Positions 39,256 through 51,949 of a stretch of DNA of 64,000 nucleotides are shown here, piece after piece. The stretch is taken from the NCBI GenBank assembly GCA_964016885.1, contig OZ024742.1, positions 161,262,001 through 161,326,000 on the forward strand, in the 5' to 3' direction. This DNA is from Eledone cirrhosa (taxonomy: Eukaryota). Made by a program: the position numbers and the translations under genes. The notes beneath the pieces were generated by a model. That model saw only the letters and a program-made list of their open reading frames with translations, was not told the origin of the DNA and made no database searches. Positions within the stretch are counted from its first letter, which is position 1. Every line of letters starts with the position of its first letter.

Positions 39256-40622
39256 CTATAGATCACTATAATGATAACCTATAGGCATGTATATCAGTGA
39301 TTATTTTAACATACAGTTGCTCAATGCTTGTATAGTTCTAAAGTTAACTGTGTGCAGTAAATTTACATTTTGTGTCAAATACTATATGTGCTTACATGGT
39401 GAATTATGAATAAATGACTTAAAACATTCATAAAATATTTATAACAGCCTTTACAAATGCTTCTCAGAGAATATGAAACATTGGGTCAGGGTGCTTGCCT
39501 CAAAGATTTGTGCAGTTTTTAAATTTTCTTAAAATATAACCTGGTGTACATGGTGGGGCTGCAAAGTACTTCCATGGTGGCTATTAGGTCAGAGTGGGAT
39601 TTGAACTCAGAATTTTACTCATTTATCAAGGAGTAAATTACAGTGCCTAAGACCCTTTGCTCGAGCCATCAAGACTGGTTAGAGGGAGGGAAGGTGGAAA
39701 GTATCCTGAAATTGGGGGTCTGATGTGAATGCTTGTAAAAGTGTGGACTCAGCTAAATGCACCCAAGGACCAGGCAAAAACAAAAGGCAAGAACAAATAC
39801 CACAAGGCATTCTTGTCAGGCCCTTTAACAATTCTGGCAGTTCACCACCCTAAACCAGTACTTAATTTATCAATCTTATCAACTTCTAAAAGAAAGAAGG
39901 GCAAAGTTGACTTCAGTAGGATTTGAACTCTGGACACAAAGAGCCCAGGATATATAGCACAATGTGTTTTGTCTGATTCTTACAAAGTGTTTCTTAAACT
40001 TAGATTTTCAAAAATAAACCTGGAAGAAATGGATTGGGATGGGGAGAGAGATGGAGAGAGAGACACAGACAGACAGAGAAAGAGAAGTGGGGAGGTAAAG
40101 ACACTGTGAAAGAAAGAGAGATGGAGAGGAAGAGACAGTGTGAGAGAGAGACAATTAAAATAAAAAAGTAATGACAACTTGAAGCAGGAAATCTGCCCAA
40201 TTCAGCAAACACGATTTTGCTATAAAAAAGTTATTTTTAAAATTCTTTAATATTATATTTAGCTACAAAAATTCTTATTTTAAGGTAATTTATAATATAA
40301 AATGTTTCAACAGATCTGAGTAAAATTTATTTAAAAAGTGAAATAAATAGTCAAGAGATTCCAGAGAGTGTCAAAGTCAGGGAAGTATCTAAAGCTCTTT
40401 GTCATGTATTTTGTAAAGTATCCACTTGAGATGAACAGAATTCTTAAGACATTTCAACACAGTAAGCTTATAGTTTGTGTGTGTGTATGTGTATATATTA
40501 TGTGTGTATGTATATATATATATGTATGTGTGTATGTATATATATATGTATGTATGTATCTATTTATCTATCTATATATATATATATATATGTATGTATC
40601 TATATATGTATCTATCTCTCTG

Positions 40623-40660
<38 letters not shown>

Positions 40661-40662
<2 letters not shown>

Positions 40663-41056
40663 CGAGGGTAATCCCACAAGTAAGGTCTCCAAAGCGATGA
40701 GGACGCAGAGAAACTGTTGGTACGGCTGTTGGCAACACTGTTGTGATTGGTGCTTCCATCACTCCCAAACAAGCATGCGCGCGCTTCGCTGGGATCCTCA
40801 ATCTTGGCTTGGCAGCCGTTGAGAATGGAGCTCCCGTTGAACGCTACCGCCAAGTGTGAATTTCACGCAATTATTATATAGAGGTTAATCCCCAAAGTAA
40901 GGTCTCCTTCCGAGGAAAATATGCGTAAAGATCGGCGGATCACTCTGGATGCTCTCTGCATTTTGGTTCCTGAGGTTTCCCGAAGCACCATCCACAGGAT
41001 TTTAATGGAAAAGTTGCAATATCGGAAGGAGACCTTACTTTTGGGATTGCACTCAC
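40661..41056 (+). mobile_element. Mariner-derived deleted element with a duplicated left TIR
   Basis: TA|CGAGGGTAATCCCACAAGTAAGGTCTCC, second copy at about 40880, inverted TIR at about 41026-41056. Transposase remnants MELPLNATAKCEFHAII and DRRITLDAL..VSRSTIHRILMEKLQYRK. Confidence 0.8.
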
Positions 41057-41084
41057 ACATATATATATATATATATCCAGCTCC

Positions 41085-41237
41085 TCAATTCCTTAATTCT
41101 ATCGTATTCTCCAATTCCTTAATTCTATCGTATTCTCAAACAAAAAACAAAATCCTTCCCATTCTTAATTCTATCGTATGCTCCAATTCCTTAATTCTAT
41201 CGTATTCTCAAACAAAAAACAAAATCCTTCCCATTCT
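41085..41237 (+). repeat. Nested tandem repeats (25-bp caattccttaattctatcgtattct units within a 2x ~72-bp duplication)
   Basis: Direct inspection. Confidence 0.85.
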
Positions 41238-41729
41238 ACTTCTTATAAATTCCTTTAAATATATATATTATGCTACTTCGAAAGTCAAAAATCCCGCTTC
41301 TACACCCTTCACCCTCCATCTACTTCACGAGGGGCAGCGGTCAGCCACTCTCTCTCTCCCCCTTCCCCTCTCTCTCTCTTCCCCTTCCCCTCTCACTCTC
41401 TCTTAGCTACACATATATATATATATATATAAGATAAATTCCCCTTTATGTTTATTCACTTTTCGCCAATCCATTGCTGCTTCAATTATTCCTACTACGG
41501 TGTACCCATGTAATCGTAACGTACACATTTTTCTATCTACTCCACGCTTCAATTTCGTACATAGTCCAAACATCCAATCTCGCAAAATCCGAAATCTGTA
41601 TTTTTTGTTATTTATTTAGGTTTAAATACGGTTGTTTTTGTCGTATTGAACAGAACAATCTTGCAGTTTTGCTTTTTGTTAATCGCTTGTTAAACATTCA
41701 TAACCTTCCAGCTAGCTACCCCACACCCC

Positions 41730-44700
41730 TCCCACCCGCCCCCACACACCACCATTCTTAATACGTGGACCAATCATAAGCCAGAGCCCCCCCCCGCATC
41801 ACCATTATTATTATAAGCCAGAGCCCCCCCCCCCACCACCACCACGCATCACCATTATTATTATTACGCGGACCAATCATAAGCCAGAGGCCTATACTAT
41901 CGCTTGCCCGGTTGCCTTCGATATATGATGGATGGATGGATGGATGGACGGACTGCGGAATCCTGGAGAGTGGAAGGGAGGGAAAAATCTGGACGCTCAG
42001 AGCGAAAATGCCAAAGTTAAAGTCAAATTCACCTCGTGGACGAGAATGCGAGCACTCCTCTTTGTTTCGTCCGCGGATGGCTAACATAACCCCATCTCCC
42101 CCCGCCCCCACCCTCCAAACGCAATCCAAAACTTCAGAGTTGGTACCATAAATGTAGGCACCCTAAAGGGTCGCGCTAACGAGGTTGTAGAAATGCTTGA
42201 ACGTAAGGAGGTCGATGTTTGTTGTATTCAAGAGACCAGGTGGAGGGGTGGGTCTGCTAGATTCATTGAGGGTAAAAAACGATGTTATAAGCTTTTCTGG
42301 GTGGGAAACGACGATGGGCTGGGCGGAGTAGGAATCATGGTAGCAGAAAAGTGGGCAGATAAGATAATAGATGTAAATAGAGTGAACGACAGAATAATTA
42401 AAATACGACTTGTCCTCAATAAAACTACGGTGACAGTAATATCTGCGTACGCACCCCAATCCGGACTGCCCGGCACTATAAAAGACAGATTCTATGAGAC
42501 ACTGTTGCTAACTACCTCCCAAATATCTGACAGTGACTATATAATTATTGCAGGCGACCTAAATGGTCACGTTGGACAACATTGTGACGGCTACGACGAA
42601 ATCCATGGAGGCTATGGGTTTGGTACTAGAAATGAGGAAGGCTCCAGAATCCTGGAATTCTGTGATGCAAATAACCTAACTATCTGTAACACTAACTTCA
42701 AAAAAACGTGACAATCACCTGATCACCTATAGATCCGGGGAACACACAAGCCAGGTAGATTATATCCTTACCAGAAGACGTGACAGAGTGTCTGTTGTAA
42801 ACACTAAATCCCTCCCCCATGAAGTATGCACCTCCCAACATAGACTGATAATTAGCGACCTCATAGTCAGGACGAGACGTACTCGACAGCAGAAGAGGAC
42901 TATCCTCAGGAGAAAAATATGGAAGCTAAAGGACCCCACAGCCAGAAATAAATTTCAAAGCATATTACTTGATGCTTTCGACAGTAAGGAAGAACATTTA
43001 GAGTCGGACAATATAGAGGGACAGTGGGAATTTCTGAAAGCAAACCTGCTGTTGGCGACAGACAAAGTCTGTGGCTGGAGCAGGCCTGTAGGCAGGAGGA
43101 GAGTAACATGGTGGTGGAATAGTAAGGTGGAGGGGTCAATTAAGGCCAAAAAGCAGGCTTGGAAAGTATGGTGGGATGGGGGAAGTAGAGTAGACTATCA
43201 AGTGGCCAGGAGGGAAGCTAGGAGAGAAGTGTACTTAGCAAGAAGGGAAGCTGAGGAAAGAAAGTTCAAGCATGTTCTACAACGCGATGACCAAAAACGT
43301 GAGGTGTTCAGGATTGCTAGGCAATGTGTCAAGGAAAACCGTGATATTGTCGGGGAGAAGTGTGTACTTAACGATGATGGCATACTTGCCATCACCGACA
43401 CTGATAAGAAGGTAGCTTGGAAGTGTCACTATGAAAGGCTACTAAATGAGGAGAATAAATGGGAGAAAGACAGTCTCCCCCATATCGACCCAATAGAGGG
43501 ACCAGCAGTGTTAGTCGAGGGGAGTATAATAAGTAAGGCAATCAAGGATATGAAGACGGGTAAGGCGGCTGGGCCTTCGGAAATAGTTGCTGAGATGCTG
43601 AAGGCATCTGGCACGGTGGGACACACCATGGTCACCCGCATAGTTAACCAAGTCGTACAGAATGGGGTTGTTCCGAAGGACTGGCATAGCAGCATCATCG
43701 TTAACTGTTATAAGGGTAAAGGAGACGCCCTAGATAGGAGTAACTATAGAGGCATTAAATTAATCGACCAGGTCATGAAGGTCACGGAAAAAGTAATAGC
43801 GCAACTAATCAGAGAGAGAATTGACCTAGATGAAATGCAGTTCGAGTTTGTGTCAGGCAAAAGTACCACAGACGCTCTTTTCATAGTACGACAACTACAG
43901 GAGAAGTACCTAGCTAAAGGTAAACCCCTCTACTTAGCTTTTGTCGACTTGGAGAAAGCCTTCGACAGAGTCCCCCGCTCCATTATCTGGTGGGCTCTTA
44001 GAAAACTAGGCGTTGACGAATGGCTTGTGAGGGCTATACAAGCCATGTATAAAGAAACAGTCAGCAAGGTTAGAATTAACAACAAATATAGTGAAGAGTT
44101 TAGCATAAAAGTTGGCGTCCATCAGGGCTCTGTTCTCAGCCCCCTACTATTTATTATTGCCCTTCAGGCTATAACAGAGGAGTTCAAGACAGGTTGCCCA
44201 TGGGAACTCCTATACGCAGACGACCTGACACTCATAGCGGAATCAATGGCCGAGCTAGAGAAGAAATTCCAAACATGGAAGCACGGCCTAGAGTCAAAAG
44301 GACTTAAAATTAACCTGGCTAAGACCAAAGTTCTAGTTTGTAGGAAAGAAAACAAGGCGGCAGTCCCTTCTGGGAAATGGTCGTGCTCGGTGTGTAGGAA
44401 AGGCGTAGGTAGAAACTCCATTTTATGTCCTAAATGCAAAGTATGGGTGCATAAAAGATGTAGTGGGATCACAGGTAAGCTAACTAAGATCATAGATTTT
44501 ACATGTGGCCAGTGTTCTGGTGCAATAAGTAGCAGCAAGTGCCCACAAAATACTAGCTCTTTCAATTGCGCAGAGGGTTCTATAGAAATAGTGGACAGCT
44601 TCCGTTACCTGGGCGATAAAATCAGCAGTGGGGGGGGGTGCTCTGAAAGTACTGTAGCTAGAGTCAGAACTGGTTGGAAAAAGTTCAGAGAGCTTATACC

Positions 44701-45214
44701 ACTATTAGCTGCTAAAGGGTTCTCCCTAAAAATGAAAGGCAGGTTGTACGATGCCTGCATACGAACAGCAATGTTGCATGGCAGTGAGACCTGGGCATTG
44801 TGTGCAGAGGATATATGCAGACTAGAGAGGAACGAAGCTTGCATGCTCCGCTGGATGTGTAACAGTAATATACGTGAACGGCAAAGCATAAACGAACTAA
44901 GGAAAAAATTAGAGATAAGAGGGATCAGATGTTGTTTACTCGAGAGAAGGCTACGTTGGTATGGACACGTGATGCGCATGAAAGTCGATAGCTGTATAAC
45001 AAAGTGCAGGGCAATAAAGATAGACGGTAGTCACGGAATAGGCAGACCTAGAAAAACCTGGGACGAGCTGATAAACTCCGACATCACACACTTACACCTC
45101 TCCAAGACAATGTCACTGGACCGAGACCTTTGGCGGTACTCAGTAACAGAGAAGACCCGCCTTACCTAAATATATAGTAAAACCTACTCCAGCCAGTAGG
45201 CATCTCTAACAAAA
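41730..45214 (+). pseudogene. Second near full-length RTE LINE with two frameshifts and no 3' tail
   Basis: Collinear with 17880-21250. Frameshifts in a C-run (~42105) and an A-run (~42700). ORF pieces 41912-42151, 42193-42711 and 42788-45169 keep YADD and the PHD finger (44384-44515). Confidence 0.92.
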
Positions 45215-45368
45215 TCCTTAGTTAAATCTGGGGTGACCATAGTTAAAAAGGTACTCAATACATTAGTAGAGTGTAAACATCATTATTTAATAGAGAAATG
45301 GCTTATACAGGGCTAGAACTGTTTCATTCATATGAAATCATCATATGATATATATATATAGTAATAAT

Positions 45369-45419
45369 AGTTTCAGAAGATACCGTTAAGGGTAAAAGCA
45401 GTGATTCTTTGCTTAAACT
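45369..45419 (+). ncRNA. Degenerate hammerhead ribozyme
   Basis: agttt-CaGAAGA-tacc gttaag ggt-aAAA-gca gtgattctt tgc-TT|aaact. Three stems are present and two core positions are mutated. Confidence 0.5.
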
Positions 45420-45430
45420 TTAATCTGTTC

Positions 45431-45488
<58 letters not shown>

Positions 45489-45572
45489 AAGTTATATTTA
45501 AAATTGTTGGGTTACAACTAGTAAATATTTATAACTGATATAAAAGCACTCGACAAATATTTGGAGTATATT

Positions 45573-45941
45573 TACAATATTAAATAAATGGAAAACTATA
45601 TTTATAAAACCATATTTATTTCATTATATATATTTCGGGGATATCATATTAACAATATGCTATGCCTTCATCAGACAAAATACAATATAAACAGTTTTAT
45701 AGATAAATATATTCGACATACCGTAATAAACATCAACTTCATTTGGAGAGGTTTACGCTAGCAGTAAACCTCTCCAAATGAAGTTGATGTTTATTACGGT
45801 ATGTCGAATATATTTATCTATAAAACTGTTTATATTGTATTTTGTCTGATGAAGGCATAGCATATTGTTAATATGATATCCCCGAAATATATATAATGAA
45901 ATAAATATGGTTTTATAAATATAGTTTTCCATTTATTTAAT

Positions 45942-45947
<6 letters not shown>
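45573..45947. repeat. Perfect palindrome (184-bp arms, 7-nt spacer) with a hammerhead ribozyme in each arm
   Basis: 45573-45756 is the reverse complement of 45764-45947; spacer gctagca; flanked by (TA)n. Confidence 0.92.
45839..45902 (+). ncRNA. Minimal type I hammerhead ribozyme (mirror copy at 45618-45681 on -)
   Basis: attttgt-CTGATGA-aggcatagcatatt gtt aatatgatatcccc-GAAA-tatata-TA|atgaaat. 7-bp stem I with 2 GU pairs; palindromic stem III loop. Confidence 0.75.
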
Positions 45948-45979
<32 letters not shown>

Positions 45980-45994
45980 TATTAATATATTATA

Positions 45995-46700
45995 TCATCA
46001 TCATCATCATCATCATCATCATTGTTTTTATGTCCATTTTTCCATGCTTCCATGGGTTGACTGAATCCATCCCAGCACAGCATCTCTCCACTCATCATGC
46101 TCCTTCATCATCTCCTCTGTGAGTCTCCGTGATTTGAGGTCAGCCCTCACAATCTCAACCCAGGTCTTTCTTGGTCTACCTCTACTGTGGCTTCCTTCCA
46201 CTTCTTCACCCACCAATCGTCGTCCATACCAACACAGTCTTCTCTCCTACCCACCACCTCAGATTCATCTTAAACCTAAGTTCTACTTCAACTCGTCCAA
46301 GCTCTGCTTTGTTCTCACATTTACATTGCACATCCAATGAAGCATAGTTGCTTCATTTCTCTTCAGTCTGTGCATGTTCTCTGCAGTCACAGCCCATGTT
46401 TCACTACTATGCAGCATCACACTTCACACACAGGTGTGATACAGTCATCCTTTTATATGTAGGGAGAAACCTTTTGTGGTCAACAGTGGTAATAGCTCTC
46501 TAAACTTTTTCCATCCTATCCTTATTCTAGATATTATGCTCTCAGAGCATTCTCTACTAGTGCTAATCAAGTCACCAAGATAGCAGAAGCTATCAACCAC
46601 TTCTATGGGTCCTTCTTGTGACTGGAATAGGTTTACATCACTGGTGCTCTTCCCTTCAGTTACCTTTGTGCATCTTCTACATACAAATGTAGAGTGATAA
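45995..46700 (-). mobile_element. Older RTE subfamily 3' fragment
   Basis: FVCRRC..IEVVDSFCYLG..IGWKKFRELLPLL and RGRPRKTW; (CAT)n tail. Confidence 0.88.
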
Positions 46701-46724
46701 TTTTTTTTTTTTTTATTTGAATAT

Positions 46725-46955
46725 GGCAAAGCCGGCCATTAATCGCGCGTAAACAGGAAACTGACTGGCCTGCCTGCTGATAGGCAAATCTGGCTGATCA
46801 GTGGATCTGCTAATATGCAGATCTGGCTGGTCAGCCAGTCTGCTAATATGCAAATCAGGTTGATCAGTCACTGTATATTTTAGAAAATATCATATATTTT
46901 CACTAGCTCTGACAGTTGGCAGGTGAACAGTGAACTGCACTGATGAAGGGTGATA
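46725..46955 (+). mobile_element. Octamer-repeat/hammerhead element, copy truncated within the ribozyme
   Basis: Inverted homologue of 51590-51772. gtgaacagtgaactgca-CTGATGA-agggtgata is then fused to an RTE-type tail. Confidence 0.7.
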
Positions 46956-47943
46956 AAAGTACCCAGTCCACACTATAACATGGTTGGTGTAAGGAAGGGC
47001 ATCCAGCTGTTGAAACCAAGCCAAAATACAGATCCATATGAGCAAGATGAGGTCTCCGGACCTGATTTGTCTCATACTATGACAACCTGTCTAACCCATT
47101 AAAGCATGGAAAAATAGATGTTAAATGATAATGATGATGATATATATGTTAAACTAATATATATCTCTGTACTGTATCAAACACACATAACAGGTTGATA
47201 CACAATAAATATCATATACATGTAAAAGAAATTTTTTTAATATATATATATATCAGAGAGAGAGAAAGATTAAATGTATTATATATATATGCAGAAGAGA
47301 GAGAGAGATGTAAAATTCCGACTGTGGCGCCAAACGGTTTCGGCTTGTTTGGCATTCATGCCATGAAGTGTTTGGTAACAGGAAGAGCATCCAGCCATAG
47401 AAACCATGCCAGAATGAAATATATGAAAGAGATAAAAGTCATCTGACCTGTCTAGTCGTCAAACCCATACCAACATGGAAAATAGACATAAATCAGTGAT
47501 GATGATGATGATGATATGTACGTAATATATCTATATCAGCCAGAAACAGTCCTATATGAGCGAGACACGGTCACTCGACCCAACTTGCCTCAAATGGGAC
47601 AAACCCATCTAACCCATACTATCGTGGAAGATAGACGTTAAATGATGATGATGATATATATATTTTAAGTGTGGTTGGTGTTAGGAAGGGCATCCAACTG
47701 TAGAAAACCTGCCAGATAGTCCTATACGAGCGAGACACAGTCACCCGACCAATCTTACCACAAATGGGACAATTCCCGTCTAACCCATGCTAGCGTGGAA
47801 GATGGACATTAAACGATGATGATGATGATGATGATGACACACACACACATATATATATATATATGTCAGTTCCCGTCCCACCCTTGCAAGCAGAGAAAAG
47901 CAGACATACAATGATGATGATGAAAAAATGATGATGATGTGTA

Positions 47944-48310
47944 TCATCATCATCATCATTTTATATCCGCTTTTCCTTGCTTGCAAGGGTGGGACGGGAA
48001 CTGATTCTGGCTTGATTTCTACAGCTGGATGCCCTTCCTAACACGAACCTCATTTACAGTGAGTGCTGGGTGCTTTTTTTTTCTGTGGTGCCTACACGTC
48101 CATTTTACAGTGTGGGCTGGGTGCTTTTTTTGCCGTGGCACCTCCACAACCACTTTGCAGTGGAATGATAGGGACTCCAGCTGAGTAAACTGGAGCAATG
48201 TGAAATAAAGTGTCTTGCTCAAGGAAACAACACATCACCCGGTCTGAGAATTGAACTCACAACCTTTCGACTGCAAGGCCAAAGCTCTAACCACTAAGCC
48301 ATGTGCCTCC
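47944..48310 (-). mobile_element. SINE-B
   Basis: Matches 29620-29959; lies within a dense cluster of RTE-tail fragments (46955-47940). Confidence 0.88.
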
Positions 48311-48704
48311 ATTAGGTATATAAATATATATATATATATATACACACACATACACATCAACACAAGCACCTACACACACTCAATACATACATACATACAT
48401 ACATTCCAAGACATATGTAAGAGGCCAATCAAGCAGCCATATAAACACATGAACCGCCAACCCCTCCCAACTATATAAAAATAATAAATTGTGTCCCCCC
48501 CACCCTAAAAAAGACAAACATAAAAACTCACACTACATCAAACTACACATTCCCAGTTAAACTTTATATCCAACCACTTCAAAATGGATTAAAACACCAT
48601 TGAGAAAAAAATGATTACATGTTTACAAACAATTACAAAACGAAAACTGTCTGTAAAATAACTGGTGTGGAATCATACAATGTCTGGTGTTCTTCCAATG
48701 GCCA

Positions 48705-48746
<42 letters not shown>

Positions 48747-48869
48747 CTATAGTTTCTCTTCATTGGAAATATACAGAAACTGGTGGGTGGTTTTATAAAA
48801 AAACAAATTATTATAACTATCCACAAAAATTAATATGTATATACATGTAGGCATGAATCTATGTATGTA

Positions 48870-48901
<32 letters not shown>

Positions 48902-49379
48902 GTTAGGAATATTAGAAAACAAAAAACAGACAAACACAGGAGTAAATGTTACAAATATTATTAGTTTCACGCTTGGAGTGGGTATGGAAAAGGCAAACAG
49001 AAATAACAAAGCAAACGACACAGTTGTTGATATACTAGGAAAAGAGTCTTAACATTTTGGATGCTAGTCCTTCATCAGAAGATAGAATGAGAAATTAAAG
49101 AAGAAATAGAAAGATTGATGAGATGGGGAGGACAGAAACAAAAAAATGATTTAAGAGAAAAATAACAGGTCCAGTCTTGTTACCATCTCTTGGAAAATTG
49201 TTGATGCTGCCATTAAGTAATGAGAAAATTTCAGGAGAGGCATTAGATATCATTCAATTAGAATGCTACTTTATGTAGTAGACTTACATATGATGTATAA
49301 AGTGACTAACCAGCAACATCCTATCTGTCTAGGTTGGAGCGCAGCGATATACATAGTGGAACTAGATCTGATCTCTCAA

Positions 49380-49860
49380 CACATGGCAAGATACAGGGAA
49401 ACATGGAGTGTCATTACGCCATCAAATTTTATGTTAAACTTCAGAAAAACAAATAAGAATCCTATGGAATGTTAGAAGAGGCCTATGGGAGTTAATTGAT
49501 AAGCAAAGCAAGTTTCTACAGATGGTTTTAAAAAATTTCTGAAGAAAATGAACAGGTTGAAGATAAATGCAAATCTGGAGCACTGAAAAGCACATGAAAG
49601 GCAGAAAACCTTGAGGAAGTGTGAAAATTAGTGAAACAAAACCCTCAAGCAACTGTGAGGATGATATCTGAGCTGTTAGTATTGGAATATCTGAAGGTAT
49701 TATTATTGGAATAGTGGAGACAATTCTGACAAAAAAGATCTGAAGTTCCACAAAGTCTGTGCCAAGTTCATGCCAAAGATCCTCCTCTCAGGTAACCAGA
49801 GGCAGTTTCGTATGAAATGTTGTCTGACATTCTCAACATTACAGAAGCTGAATGTGGTTT
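49380..49860 (+). mobile_element. Degraded mariner transposase N-terminal half
   Basis: YAIKFYVKL..ESYGMLEEAYG..SKASFYRWFKKF..KFHKVCAKFMPKIL, with stops. Confidence 0.75.
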
Positions 49861-49894
49861 TCTGAATAAAGTAGAGACTGGGTAGATAATGTAT

Positions 49895-50640
49895 TTGCAA
49901 TAAGTAGAGTGTTCAACAATACCATTAAACTCCGGGTAGCCCTAGATAGAACAACTGTAATTATTATATCTGCATATGCACCACAATTGGGGTTACCAGA
50001 TAAACTTAAAGACAATTTTTAATGACTCCCTAATGCAGACTACTTCCCTAACAACAATGACAACTAGCAATCATAGCAGGTGACTTTAATAGACATGTTG
50101 GGAAACACTGTGATGGTTTCTATGGAGACTTTGGATTTGACACAAGAAACGAAGAAGGATCAAGGCTCCGGGAATTTTGCAATGCCAATGATCTAACTAT
50201 CTGCAATACAAATTTCAGAAAACCTGTCAACTTGATCATTTATAGATCTGGTGAGCACACTATCCAAATTAACTTTATCCACACCAGAAGACTGGATAAT
50301 GTGATGGTTGAAATCACAAAGTCCATCACTGGTGAAGAATGCACCCCCAGCACACACAGCATAACCTAGTGGTTTGCAACTTTAAAGTTAGAGCCAGACA
50401 AACACAGAAACAGAGAGTGACCTGGAGGGGAAGGATATGAAAGCTGAGGGAGCCCGCAGCTGGCAACAAATTTAGAGGTACTTTGCTTGATGCTTTTGAC
50501 AACAAAGAAGAAGAAATAGCAACATACAATACTGAGGAGCAGTGGGAGTCCTAAGAGATAATCTGTTGACAGCAACAGATGAGATCTGTGGTTGGAGCAG
50601 GGTCCCAGGGAAAAAGAGTGTAACTTGGTGGTGGAATAAA
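49895..50640 (+). mobile_element. Degraded RTE endonuclease-region fragment
   Basis: IISAYAPQLGLP, IAGDFNRHVG, TRNEEGSRLREFCNANDLTICNTNFRK, RVTWWWN. Confidence 0.85.
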
Positions 50641-51319
50641 AACCAAGCCAGGAACAGTTCTGTGTGAGCAAGATATAGTCATCTGATCTAACTTGTATCA
50701 AAATGGGATAACTCGTCTAACCCATGCTAGAGTGGAAAAATGGACATTAAACTGATGATGATGATGATGATGATTCATATGAGGCAGTTTAGAAAGAAAA
50801 CATTAAATATGCTCTGTGTGTCTCTTTCTCTGTATGTATGTGTGTTTATGAAAGTAATGTGTCTACATGCATATATGTGAATGTGTATTTGTGTGTGTGC
50901 ATGTATATGTGTGTACACATACACATGCATACAAACATGATTATATATATATGTATACATATATATCGATATATAAACATATATGCACACACACACACAT
51001 AAGTTTGTCTTAAGTGTTAGTTGGGTAGTGAGTAGTGGAACAGTGAATTCCCAAAGCAGACAGATCTGTCTAAGGTTTCAAATATTGAAGCAGTTGGCAG
51101 TGAAACATATTGAAATAACATATGTGACCTGCTCAGATGAAACCTCTGAACATACAAGATATACAAGTGTGACTAATTAAAATTAGGGATGTAAATTAGC
51201 TAGAGAGACTTAGTAATAATTATTAAATAGAGGAGAAAGAAAGAGAGAAAAGAAATGGCAACCAAACATTAGATTATCATTAAAGATAGCATGTGTCTGT
51301 CTGCATGCTTGTACATGTA

Positions 51320-51397
<78 letters not shown>

Positions 51398-51557
51398 GAA
51401 GAAATTTTCGCTCTACATGGCTGAATACAATAAATATAATCTGACTTATTTGAATATTAATAATAACATTCGATTCGTTTGCAATTATGCAAACAAGCCT
51501 CAATTTTATAGCCATGTCAGTAGAATGAACCCTTCATTCTTGCTCTTGTGTTGGCAT

Positions 51558-51623
51558 GTGAACAGAACTGCAGACACTAATGTTTCTGGGTATCACCCTT
51601 CATCAGTACAGCTCACTGTTCAC
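51558..51623 (-). ncRNA. Type I hammerhead ribozyme with GUC cleavage site
   Basis: gtgaaca-gt-gagctgta-CTGATGA-a gggt gat accc a-GAAA-cattagtg-TC|tgcagttc-tgttcac. 15-bp stem I with a 2-nt bulge; predicted cut between 51573 and 51572. Confidence 0.8.
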
Positions 51624-51949
51624 TTGCTAAACTGTCAGAGCTACTGAAAATATATGCTATTTTCAAAAATACAGTGACTGATTGGCCTGATTTGCATATT
51701 AGCAGACTGGCTGATCAGTCAGATCTGCATATGAGCAGATCCACTGATCAGCCAGATTTGCATATCAGCATATATAAATATACACGGGTGTGTATGATTG
51801 TGTATAGAAGATTATATTAATAAAAGGAATTCCAACTTTGTCTGATTTACTTGTTTTATTTACAATCCTTTAAAATTATAATGATATTATAATGAAATAG
51901 TATGGTAGAATATTAAATGTTAAGTGTTAATTGAACAAGTACTTTCATG

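Noticed and set aside
48400-48700. Possible Penelope GIY-YIG C-terminal remnant (HYIKLHIP)
   Set aside because: Too short and degenerate to support without a profile search.
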